From the NCBI GenBank assembly GCA_002633005.1, contig NMRA01000014.1:1398838-1462837 (forward strand): a stretch of 64,000 nt of DNA, in the 5' to 3' direction. The DNA comes from Phoronis australis. Taxonomy: Eukaryota > Animalia > Phoronida. This document shows, in pieces, positions 28,001 to 37,494 of the stretch (positions are counted from its first letter, which is position 1; the number at the start of each line of letters is the position of its first letter). The position numbers and the translations under genes are program-made. The notes below the pieces were generated by a model. It was not told the origin of the DNA. It searched no databases and saw only the letters and a program-made list of their open reading frames with translations.

Positions 28001-29521
28001 GTTGTGTCGTCTGGAAGTGCTTGTCTCAGGTGAATAGGTCTGAAGTATTCAAATGTTCTCGACGTACATTTAGTTTGTTTGGTTATGCATAATCTGACTT
28101 AGTAGAGGCACAAGATATTAAGTATTCTTAACAAATTCATCATTTCCTGCTTAACCTGTCTGTGCCCACCAAAGTGTACTGTTGTACTCTTTACTGTTCC
28201 TTACGTTTCCTCCTGTCATTGTACTGTTGTCCTTTACATTGTCTCTTTATTGTACATTATACACACCACTGGTCACCTTTAGAGCGTCCCTTTATTGTAT
28301 CTCCTACAAACCACTGACCATCTTTACAGTATCCCTTTATTGTATCTCCTACAAACCACTGACCACCTATAGAGTGTCCCTTTATTGTATTTCATACTAA
28401 CCACTGATTACTTTTCCTCCATTTCAGCTGATGAGTTTTACTTAGGTTGCTATGAACAACCATCTGCACATGTGATAGCTACTAAATACATTCTCAAAGG
28501 ACAGACAGTGGACATAGGAACAATCCATACTAACCTAACTAATCCAGTGGAAATCTGTCGTGGGTTCTGTTTTGATATGAAAGGCAGCTTTGCAGGTATG
28601 ATATTGTGTCCACCGTTGTATGTTACTGAAGGCCTACAGTCAGTGTCCTCGATTGTGTTAAAGGCCCATAGTCATTGTCCATTATTGTAATATGCAGCTG
28701 AGGACTCGCAGTCAGTGTCCACCATTGTATGCAGTTGAGGGCCCACAGTCAGTGTCCTCCATTGTATGCTTCTGATGACCCATAGTCAGTGTCCCCCCTT
28801 GTTTGCTGCTGAGGGCCCACGGTCAGTGTCCCCCATTGTTTGCTGTTGAGGGCCCATGGTCAGTGTGCCTCATCGTGTGCTCTTTGCGGCCTGCAGTCAG
28901 TGTTCCTCGTCACTTGCAATTGGGGGCCCACAGTTTGTGTCTCCCATTGTATGTTGTTAAGGGCCCACAGTCACTGTCCCCCATCCTATGCTGTTTAGGG
29001 CACACAATCAGTGTCCACCATCAGATGCAGTTGACATCCCACACTCATTTTCCCATTGTGTTCTGTTGTAGACCCACAGTCAATTAGGTGTCCACCACTG
29101 TGTGGCTGGGCCCTCAGCCAGTTACTATTCATAATGCTGTGATCTAGATAATTATATGTTTAACTCCAGATGTTGGCCTTAATCATGGTCAGTGATTAAT
29201 TATAGAGAAGCTCAACTGGACTGCAATAATTATAGATAAGCTCAGCTGGATTGCAATATTATATAATTTCAATATTCATTTGTTACCTTCAAGTATATAT
29301 TGGTTATCACTACTTTGACTTGATTGACTTGTGACTGTTTGACATGTTGGTCATCTGTATTGAAGGTCTGACTCGAGGCAGAACATGTCTTTGTGGAAGT
29401 AGTCGGAAGGATACCAGCATTAAGTCAATGAAACGACTGAATGATACAGACTGTATGACACACTGTGTCGCACATGACTCTAATCACTGGTGTGGTGGGA
29501 ATAACACATATCTTATGTACG
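847..29521 (+). CDS. Multi-exon mosaic extracellular protein (2 C-type lectin, fibrinogen-like segment, 3 WSC, F5/8 type C, 15 CCP/sushi); 5' end outside window, 3' end unresolved
   Basis: 28 GT-AG exons joined with consistent phases into one open frame; domains recognised from Cys/Trp patterns. SVEP1/CSMD-like in style but not an identifiable orthologue. Confidence 0.85.
1558..1751 (+). CDS. Exon: C-type lectin domain 1, C-terminal half
   Basis: tttag|MWLGL...WLWLDGS...CAVL...W...C...VCK|gtaagt; phase matches previous exon. Confidence 0.85.
3107..3238 (+). CDS. Exon: short fibrinogen-N-subdomain-like segment
   Basis: ttccag|PLSPVAGSCSDLYRNGVFLIADYLMD...KQCGIV|gtatgt; 132 nt, phase 1-1. Confidence 0.7.
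3265..3512. repeat. Minisatellite, ~58-bp unit
   Basis: CACATTATCAGCTCTGTAGG...GCAATACAATTGACACACATTGAGT, about 4 copies. Confidence 0.9.
3555..3944 (+). CDS. Exon: C-type lectin domain 2
   Basis: CKDHNWFGFKGHCY...HC...WHIGL...C...C...FMCE; ag/gt flanks; 390 nt. Confidence 0.85.
4385..4712. repeat. Minisatellite, ~39-bp unit, resembling the WSC1 exon
   Basis: ATAGTGTCCACATAACAGTGGCAAGTTGTTCTG, about 8 copies. Confidence 0.85.
4763..5026 (+). CDS. Exon: WSC domain 1
   Basis: YKGCY...MTVTGCIEFC...YGAVSGQHCYC...CSDTCP...CG; ag/gt flanks. Confidence 0.88.
5599..5698 (+). CDS. Exon: F5/8 type C (discoidin) domain, part 1
   Basis: CDEFLVQPLPDSSIKGS...YQPSQAR; tttag/gtatgt. Confidence 0.75.
6385..6725. 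repeat. Minisatellite, ~42-bp unit
   Basis: GCTAGTTTGAGAACTCGGCCTAATGTCCTTGCTCACCTCCTCT, about 8 copies. Confidence 0.9.
7021..7368. repeat. Minisatellite, ~56-59-bp unit
   Basis: ATCTTTACAGCATTTGGCAATATGAAGTGCCTTTTACCCCATG..., 6 copies. Confidence 0.9.
7565..7671 (+). CDS. Exon: F5/8 type C domain, part 2
   Basis: RLFTG...HYVQANFDTLNVVTAVLTQG; ttcag/gtaagt. Confidence 0.8.
7880..8330. repeat. Degenerate minisatellite, ~35-bp unit
   Basis: GATGTATGGACGTCTAGAGGATGGCTGGGG-like units. Confidence 0.75.
8570..8670 (+). CDS. Exon: F5/8 type C domain, part 3
   Basis: GRQ...QYTSKITIQYN; cctag/gtgggt; continues the TQG-R motif. Confidence 0.75.
8707..9246. mobile_element. Penelope-like element fragment with inverted pseudo-LTRs
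   Basis: ~8730-8865 is inverted relative to ~9115-9246; flanked by direct TCTCTGACAGAT (8695-8706, 9247-9258); homologous to the 14.4-kb copy. Confidence 0.7.
8785..8811 (-). ncRNA. Hammerhead-ribozyme-like core in a Penelope pseudo-LTR
   Basis: Reverse complement reads CUGAUGA-U-GUCU-AAUGAAC-AGAC-GAAA; degenerate copies at 9168-9199 (+) and ~14436-14464 (-). Confidence 0.5.
10020..11645 (+). mobile_element. 5'-truncated non-LTR retrotransposon (CR1/L2-group-like ORF2: RT plus C-terminal Cys/His motif), spanning the N gap
   Basis: PVHKQG...NYRGISLLSALGKLF...QAGFR; C-terminal RLCELC...EDEYHVVLVC; AATAAA-containing tail at ~11631. Confidence 0.88.
10263..11086. other. Assembly gap
   Basis: Run of N. 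Confidence 1.
12066..12402. repeat. Minisatellite, ~41-bp unit
   Basis: TAGCTTGATAAATATTGTCAGTGAAGATTATTGAACAC, 8 copies. Confidence 0.92.
13008..13158 (+). CDS. Exon: F5/8 type C domain, part 4
   Basis: LTANSDSSTVKYNYLVTPVFA...IRFDALGC; ttcag/gtaagt. Confidence 0.8.
13171..13882. mobile_element. Non-autonomous element with short TIR (ATACCACA...TGTGGTAT) containing a tRNA-like segment
   Basis: Terminal inverted 8-mers; - strand ~13262-13332 has A box TGGTATAGTGG and B box GGTTCGAATCC. Confidence 0.45.
13888..14047. mobile_element. Palindromic MITE
   Basis: TAGATTATTACATG...CATGTAATAATCTA termini and an internal hairpin (TATCTAGA..GGATTTTGGA / TCCAAAATCC..TCTAGATA). Confidence 0.7.
14358..14830 (-). 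mobile_element. Penelope-like element remnant (GIY-YIG endonuclease 3' part plus pseudo-LTR)
   Basis: SRLKEHHTSEKSNIYRHC..NH....RII..E resembles the Penelope GIY-YIG C-terminus; shares sequence with 8.7-9.2 kb. Confidence 0.7.
15134..15280 (+). CDS. Exon: WSC domain 2, first half
   Basis: YWGCYVE...CRDWCKSQSFAYSAVRNG. Confidence 0.85.
15895..16095. repeat. Minisatellite, ~54-57-bp unit
   Basis: ACACTACCCACAATGACATGATTACATAACTAGTCACTGGCTGTTG, about 4 copies. Confidence 0.85.
16140..16271 (+). CDS. Exon: WSC domain 2, second half
   Basis: VCGCTNSYGTYG...CSLPCPGDSSNCGG...IY. Confidence 0.85.
16728..16901 (+). CDS. Exon: CCP/sushi 1
   Basis: CPAVPDVPFA...YGSVVNYEC...C...W...C; phase 1-1. Confidence 0.85.
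17759..19094 (+). CDS. CCP exons 2-4 (17759-17938, 18263-18451, 18909-19094); cassette copy 1
   Basis: Each exon has C-x-P...Y/FxC...G...C...W...C, phase 1-1, ag/gt flanks. Confidence 0.88.
19521..20828 (+). CDS. CCP exons 5-7 (19521-19700, 20022-20210, 20643-20828); cassette copy 2
   Basis: Near-identical paralogues of CCP2-4 with intact splice sites. Confidence 0.85.
22866..24589 (+). CDS. CCP exons 8-10 (22866-23045, 23873-24058, 24404-24589)
   Basis: Sushi consensus; older paralogues of the same three-exon cassette. Confidence 0.88.
24603..25000. repeat. Minisatellite, ~41-45-bp unit immediately after the CCP10 donor
   Basis: GCAGCTTCTGTCTTGTAGCAACTGAGCTACAGAGCTGTACATT, about 9 copies. 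Confidence 0.9.
25613..27105 (+). CDS. CCP exons 11-13 (25613-25792, 26424-26606, 26917-27105)
   Basis: Sushi consensus, phase 1-1, ag/gt flanks. Confidence 0.88.
27288..27961 (+). CDS. CCP exons 14-15 (27288-27467, 27752-27961)
   Basis: Sushi consensus, phase 1-1. Confidence 0.85.
28240..29110. repeat. Two minisatellites flanking the WSC3a exon (~28240-28410 and ~28605-29110)
   Basis: CCCTTTATTGTATCTCCTACAAACCACTGACC units upstream; GGGCCCACAGTCAGTGTCCCCCATTGT units downstream. Confidence 0.8.
28428..29521 (+). CDS. WSC domain 3 exons (28428-28595, 29366-~29521)
   Basis: YLGCY...ICRGFC...FAG / LTRGRTCLCG...CMTHC...WCGG; last donor ambiguous (29521 or 29525). Confidence 0.8.
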
Positions 29522-32342
29522 GTAGGTATAGATGAGAACATTTTGTTATTATAATGACATTAACTTATGACAATGGTGTATGCGACGCTATAACCACTGG
29601 TGTGGTGAGAACTATATCTTGTATGTTAGATAGATGAGGAGATTTAGTTAATGACACGTTAATGGTGTGACCTGTACTGAAGACAACACTGTAACCACTG
29701 GTGAGGTAAGAATTACATCTTATGTACGGTAACTAGGTGAGGACATTTGATGTCATTAAGTATATGACATGTGTGCTGTACTCCATAATAACCACTGATG
29801 TGGTGGGAAAGACATCATTGTATGTACGGTAGGTAGATGGGGACATTATATTTTCACTTATCTAATGAAAAAGTGACACTTACTGTGTGATACGGGGTTC
29901 AGTAATATTTTGCCACAGTCTGCCGGTGACTACTGAGGTTATAACCTCTAGTGCAGCTGTCTGTGGCAAATAAGGCTCAGTTTTGTTCAGGCATCTTAAT
30001 CAGAACTACATCATGAAAGCTCTTCTGTTATCAGGGTTTCAAAAAGTTTGACAACCACTGAAATTTTGAAAGTTTTAATTTTTAAATTTTTTGTGTTCTG
30101 AGGTAAGTACATTTATGCTCTATTTTCATCTTTCATCAAGTGAGGGAGTTGTTAGTGATTTGTCTGCTATGAGTTAATTCTGCATGTGAAGTGATGCCCA
30201 GTTGAGTGAGTTGTTGTCTGCTATGAGTTAATGGTGAGCATGAAGTGACACCTGTGTCCAGGTCATGGAGTGAAAGTGAACTGTGTTGTGTTGGTGTGCT
30301 GTCATCTTTAAGCCTGAAAACAACCTTGCCCCCTGATGAATGACGCTGGACCAGGATGAACAACAAGGAAGAGAAGAGGATTCATTACTTGTCATTCAAC
30401 ACGACCTTTAATTGTGGTGTTTTGATGTTAAACTCATGACCATTTTGAATGAAGCCTGTTGTCCAATGGTGTCTTATTCTCAACACTGTGGACATGAACT
30501 GGTTTGTGGACGTGTGCTGACTGCACTGATGTAAAGCAATGCAGCAAGACCTGTTGTAACTGTCTGGGCCTCTATGGCAGGTGACTGAACTGGTGTAAAG
30601 TAATGTAATTCAGAAAGACCTGCTGTAATACTGTCTGGGCCTCTATGGCAGGTGACTGAACTGGTGTAATCTAATGTAATGCAGCATGAGGTGCTGTAAT
30701 ACTGTCTGGGTCTCTATGACAGGTGACAAGTAGTATTAGTGATAAGGTGAGAAGCTGTTTGGAAGTATAACATAGTTAATGAAACATTGAAGGAAATTTA
30801 TCATTCTACCCTTTATTCCATATCCACAACTGTTTCTTTGTGAAATACTTTATCTGAGCATTGTACCTACTCTCAAACTATGTTCTAGGTTTTTCTGTGA
30901 TTTTGGTTGTTAATGTTTGTTTTCAATCAATTCATTTTTATGAAAACGAATTTTCATTTTTCGTGATAAAGATTTTTTACCTTGTGCTATTGTTGTTTAA
31001 TTGATATCGTGGCCGGCAAGCAAAACAAGACTGTGCCCTGTTTTTATCAGTTCAGAACTGACAAGCTGAGGTGAAGTGCCTGGATCTAGGATGTATGGGG
31101 AGTGTAATATCTGGATTTATTTTTCAGTTTCGCTTGAATTATCATCTATCAGAAGTCATGATTTTAGGAAATTAGGTTTAAATTCTGGGCCTCTGGTTTC
31201 ATTTATTATGATTACAACACTCCTGTCATTTTTGAGATATCTCTAGTCAATCGACCCAAACAACATGGCTTGTGCCATAATTATCTTAATGTATGATTTT
31301 CTATGGCTTGTGCACCCAAACAACATGGAGGCTTACTAACTCACATTAGCCAAACTGACAATCACGTGCTAAACTCAGCCAAGAGTCTGTGTACCATGTT
31401 TACTGGTGTTGGGTCCGTGTTTGCGGTCCAGTTCTAAGTCATGTTTTTGTGTCCGTGAAGTGAGTTTACTTAATTAATACTTGTCCAGGGAGTGGCGTTT
31501 ATGAGTGCGTGAGCCTTGTTGTTTGGATAGCCTCGAAGCATGTGTAACACGACTACCCTAGTTGTTTGTATGACACTAGTGCAAGCATCTTCGATAAGAA
31601 GCTGGGATGCCGATATTCTGTAGTTACTCCCTAAGTCTAGCTACCCGAGCACTACACTCCAGTCGTCCCGGACCTTTGAGTCGGGACTGAACTACATGGT
31701 ACTACACAAATCGTGGTTTGAGACTAGAGTTTGGGAATGACATTGACTCAGTAGGAATTTGGAGGCGCGAATATCGAATCGTTTTCATCCACTTACAGCG
31801 AAGTTTATTGACAAGGTCAACATTGAAATTTTCACGGCTGCCTATCAAGTAGACAGAAGTTTGAACTCTAAACATCATTTTTTTTCTTGACGAAAATTTC
31901 TGCAGGCGTATATAAATCGACAACTGCATATTTATTTTAGGGGGGACACCTGCAGCCACCAATAATAAAATAATTTGGACACTTGAATGTGTAGATGCCT
32001 ACAGTACGATGCATTTTTCATTAATTCATATTACCATTTCGTTTCCGGTCTTCAAAGAAAGCAATCATTGGAGCTTCTCCGTGTAATCTCGATTCTCTAC
32101 CCGTCGCATTCATCTAAAACTACATTCAGTGCGTCGCATCCTAAATGTCTTTAACAAATGATGTCATTTCATCATTTGATCGTTGTACGCCATGCTCACT
32201 TATCGTGTGGTTTATTAATATATCTCCATCACAGTTCGTATCGTTGGGAAACTGGTTCACCTTCTAGCAGAATTAACTAATTCCAAAACCGGGACCTGCC
32301 ATTTCACGCGTCCAAGGTATGATGATATATTTTACTAGGCTT

Positions 32343-32468
32343 CATTGGCGGATCCCTTGATTTTAGTGATTTCAAATCTAGAAATTTCAAATTGTTGACT
32401 TGGACCCTTTTTTTAAAAAAAAAATTAGTGCTCCGACCCAACTTTAAAAAATCCTGGATCCGCCCCTG
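32343..32468. mobile_element. Short MITE, same TIR family
   Basis: CATTGGCGGATCC...GGATCCGCCCCTG; flanks GGCTT/AGCTT. Confidence 0.6.
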
Positions 32469-35400
32469 AGCTTAGCTTATACACATGCACAGACAAACGA
32501 CAGTCCCACTCTGGCCATCACTGCCTCGGGCACTACCAGACAACCATCACAGTCACGGTGACGAAGCACAGGAGGGCATAATCAGGACGTCCAGCGACAG
32601 GCGGGGTCATGTTTTGAAGGGGATGGGATTTACATTGTGAGCTTATTACGCAAATATGCTGTGTTGCGAGAGAATTTATTTTTTTCATTATTACATAATG
32701 TGCCAGAGTTGTTTTACTTTGCCATCATGCTATAGGCCTACCTCAAGTTTAGCTCTCCAGATTGCCGATTCAGTGGAGACTGACCACTGAGTAACAGCTG
32801 TCGACAGCGTTGAAATGCAACCACTATTGCACCGCAATTAAACAGTGTGTTTTAGTATCATAAAAATGACCATTACATGGCGCATAATGCGATGAACCCG
32901 TCCGAAATTGACCTATCGCAAGCTCTGCCCACTTGCGTAATGTCGACCAACAAACAATAAGATTACCCGGCAACATGTTGTTTGTCGGGTAAAATGACGG
33001 CTTGGAAACGAAGGTGTGTCAATAATGCTGCGTTCTAAATGGTCAGTTAAGCCGTCACTCAAAATCTTGGCGATAGATCAATTGGGAAGGCATCGCTTCT
33101 CTATATTACAAAACTATTTGCGAACACTCAAGAAAATCCGCTCAAAAGGGACTCCAAAGATACAAAGGCAAACGCAGACACTTAAATTGCCACCAAGGGG
33201 CACAGCAGCAGTTAGCCGTAGGCAGTCATTGTCACATTTGTTGGACCTATAGCTATGGTGCAAAAATATAAAATCCTAACAACAGGCCGCCACAGTTGCC
33301 AGACCCGTCCGGAAGTCAGCGTCAGCAATGGTCGTCATCACGAACAGAACTGATAAGTTTAATAAGATCCTTTGAGCAGTTTGGCGGATAAAGAGGCGGA
33401 CGCCAAAGACGGACCCGACGGACACAATAAAAATTCCATTAGATGGCACAGAATATACAAACCCGCCCGACGATGAAAAGGAATTGCCTCCTCGCCAAAT
33501 TTCACGAAAATCCACCTGTAACTCAAAAACCAGAAACAAACAAAATTAAAATTGCCATACACTAGGGGGCGCAGCTGAAGTCGGATTGGTGTGAAACTCG
33601 TCTTCATCTGTCATCTCCAACACATCTTCCATATTTCAAAAAGATAGCTATTGACCTAAAATTGCCAGTAGAGGGCGTCAGTGCAGTAAAACCCGTCCGA
33701 AAATCAACGTCAGTTGCGGTCTTCTCATAGGAACAAATCTTCGAATGTTCATAATGATATTTTGAATTGTTTTGCGATAGAGTGGCTAACGACAAAAATA
33801 AATTAGAAATATAAAATGCCCACCAGGTGGCGCGAAATACGTTAAGTCCGACCGAAAACTGGAAGGCACTATCAATCAATTGCCAAATTTTATGAGAATC
33901 CACCGAGGAACTCGAAAAATACAGAGGCAAACGTAAAAAACTAAAATTGCCCCTGGGAAGGGGAGCTTAGCGGTATTCGGATCCAATGAGATAAATTTTG
34001 ATATATTGCTCATTATTCGGATCGGCTAGAAATTCGTCGTGTGCTTTATAGATGGAGATCTGCCAAACCTAATTAAGATCCTGGAAGGTATTTACAGATA
34101 CACCAGCGGACGCCGGACAGAGATTACGGTCATATGGAGCCATATATAAATATTGTGGGCGGATAAAAAGGACACCCTTACAAAACTTTTTGTTTTTTCC
34201 CGCCCTATGTTCACTCTGACGTAATTAGGTAAGAAATATACATTATTTTTGGTTTGATAATTGAAATGACGTACTTTATTTCATTGCTGAATACAACAGC
34301 TGCAAACGCTATTTACGATTATAAAGTGACATTAGTTTGTCATTAAAATCATAAAGATGAAATCTCCAACGAACAGTCAATTCTTCCAAAACGGGTGGGG
34401 GTGGGTGTGATGAGACAATTAGAGTGTGTACGGGGGCTATATTAAGACGACAGAGGGGAGGGATAAAAAGTGGTAAATTTTGGATGATGTAATATGTGAA
34501 CGCTTTCAAAAGCCAGTGTGCCCACGTTTTGAAGTTGTAACGAAAAACTCTGCTCAGTGTAATGTGTACGGATATATACGCTGAAGAAGCTTACCATGAC
34601 CACGTAACGGCGAGTACAGCCCTATGAAAAAAAAAGAAACTTATAAAGCCTCCATGTGCGTCTACGCCGCATTACACCATTGCTAGTGGTGGCCTCTTTT
34701 AATTGTAAACGTGCACTAAGATATCGAACGTGACAGTCTTCCAGTTACTACATGGAAAAGATTCCGATGGGTCCACGGGGAAAATCCTGGTAAGACCGCG
34801 GAAATTTATGTTGATCAACTCTATGTTGCATCGACCATGTATGTTGTTTAGTTTACCGGTGTCTGTTATGAAGTATTCATTCCAAATCTCATTTCTTCAC
34901 TACATGGCGGTTCCAGTCTTCTTTGGATGCCCCATTTCCCCGCACAGTCTTTTGTGTATGACGGCACATGTTATCCGCAACCAGGTCAATGGATCGAGTT
35001 CGGGCTAAATTTAGCTCGACGACAGCGGACATCCCGCTCTTCAAAAAAGAATAAACTTTAGTCCGATGTCACGACCCAAATGCCAATTTTCTACCAGCCT
35101 AATTGAAAACCTTAATGTAAACACGCATCGACTGAAAACAAATAAAACCCATCGCAGCGTTTTAGCTAATTTCTATGATATTTCTTCAGCGAAAGAAGGA
35201 TTCTACACTAATTTTTCACTTGGAATGCTAGATCAGAAAAAAAAACATGTTAAAAATTTACAAGGTTCTGTGCTTGACATTTCAATTTATTTCAGCCAGT
35301 AGCATGTTATCGCCGCTAAGTTTACAGCGACATTGGTTTTCGCCGGTTGATGTGGAAAAGAGGTCCAATATTTCCTAATGACGCGATTTGTGGTTAGGCT

Positions 35401-36826
35401 CTGTCCACCCATGGTGATCACTCACTGGCCAGAATGTTAGCACTTTGAAAATTAAAAGGAAATTCTCGGCAAGAATAGTAACTCCAGAAATCAGCAATAC
35501 CATGAAATCAAACTCCACAAAGGCAACCAAAATTTACTGCGCTGCGCTTATTTTAAAGAAATCGGTCTTGAGGAGTTCAACGAATGCAGATCACGGTGAC
35601 AATTAGCTGGGACAAAAATTCTCCAAGGAATTAGCGATTTGAATAAACCACAAAACCAACGGATTTTGATGTTTTACAGCTCTGGCCAAAGCTAATAACT
35701 CCAAGAAGTCTATCCTTTCCGCCAATAATCCCTAAAAATGCATTTTCGACAGTAAAACGATAACATTACTGGCAAGACGGCAGATAGGATTAGGATGCCT
35801 TTGTGCAAGAGCATTTTTAGCGTCTGATCTGTTTTCTAGCAGACGAGATGTCCTATCGACAGGCTAAATGCAACCAAGTAGACAAAAGCAACAAACACAA
35901 GGGCTACATATATATGGGCCTAAAAGCATAGATAGTCGAGCACCCTATAGTTAACACGATCCTTGCTGAACGGTCAACCACTCACCTTTCTCAACTTATT
36001 TTAAATCTTTTTGCATATTTCATTTATCTTACAGCTAACATTATTTCAGTAAAAGCAACGAAGGACGCTGAGCCAACGTTGGTCCGACGTCAAGACTGAA
36101 CAATACTCAAAGAAAGACAAATAGGCTGACTTATGCATGGCAGTAAATATTTTTCTGAATCACAGACGGATTTTTAATTTTCCTTTTTTCAATTTGACGC
36201 TATAGTTCAATGAACCAACACTTTTGACAACGACACGACGTTGGACCGACGTCGGACTCAGCACCACATATGATTTCTCGCACCGCGTCGCACCCGCGTC
36301 AAAACTGAACAATACTCAAAGTAGAACAAATATATGTTGACCTATACACCGTGACTATAAAAAAGTAATATCGCAATCGTCGAATTTACTTGGAAGTGCA
36401 AAACAGGCTTTTAAAGGAAGTATCTCGCAGACCGCCGACCAAAGTCGGACCAACGTCAAAAAACCGACCGCGACCTACTAGTATCGACCTCGAGCCAACG
36501 AATGGCGACGTCGGCCCAACGCAGTGATGCTATCTGGGTATAATCGCCCTCCACTGACTTAGAATAATATTTATTTTACACTATTGCCAGTCACTATCAT
36601 ATTGCAGTATACTGACACTTTTCAACTCGTAATATTGACACACGCATATGCTAAACACCATATTCTCTTTTTTTCCAACTTGAACAACCCCTTTTGGTGA
36701 TCACTATGACACGAGTCAACACTGATCGAGCAGCATTACGAGCCGTCCAAAGACCCCATGCCATCCTTATAGCGTCTTATGTTTTCGATTACCACTACTG
36801 ATATCACTCAAGACATATTGCTAACA

Positions 36827-37048
36827 CATGCGCGCACCCAGGAGAGCTCGTTCGAACACCCCCATTTGGCGAAGTGGGCAAAAAGGTCCACCTCAGAGAA
36901 ACAAAAACTCCGAAAAAAGTAGAAAACGAGACAAAAGTTCACTAAAAGGCAGGACCTACCTAGCTCGATCTGAACGTACCCCGTGAATCTTAGGATCACA
37001 CGTTCTCAAAAATTCAAGCCCCCTATTTTTAGGTTGGATACGCGCATG
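36827..37048. mobile_element. MITE with CATGCGCG TIR and 5-bp TSD
   Basis: CATGCGCGCACCCA...TGGATACGCGCATG; TSD TAACA on both sides. Confidence 0.75.
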
Positions 37049-37494
37049 TAACACGCATCGACTGGGATCCGAAATCCAGTCACGCAATGCTAGAAATCGA
37101 AAGCCAACTTGTTTTGACATTTTCTGCACTTGTTCTATATGAAGTTAAGATTTTGTTTGTTTTTGATGCTGTGTTCTAGCTAGGTTATCATTTAGGTATC
37201 TAAGCCAAGTTGATACTTGACGGATGACCCCCGCAATTTAAATCAGTGAAGGGTTGTCAAATGCAAACTTCATATATTCATCTACTTACCATATGTACTC
37301 AAGTACAAAATCAAAGACCCTAATCCTGAGTTCATAAACAAGATGACAGATCATATCATAAATACGGAGTTCTAGCCCAAATTGGGTCATTTTATCTACT
37401 CCCTGTGCCCAGTAAAGTCATAGAGTGATTTGCCGTATACACATGCAACACGACATATAAAGTGTGAGGATGGAAGAAAACAAGGTCATGACAG

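Noticed and set aside
32965-36540. Single large TIR element (TACCC...GGGTA) upstream of the glycosyltransferase 3' end
   Set aside because: The right end (GCTATCTGGGTA) and CCAACGTTGG repeats look transposon-like, but the left end matches poorly and the span does not include the gene.
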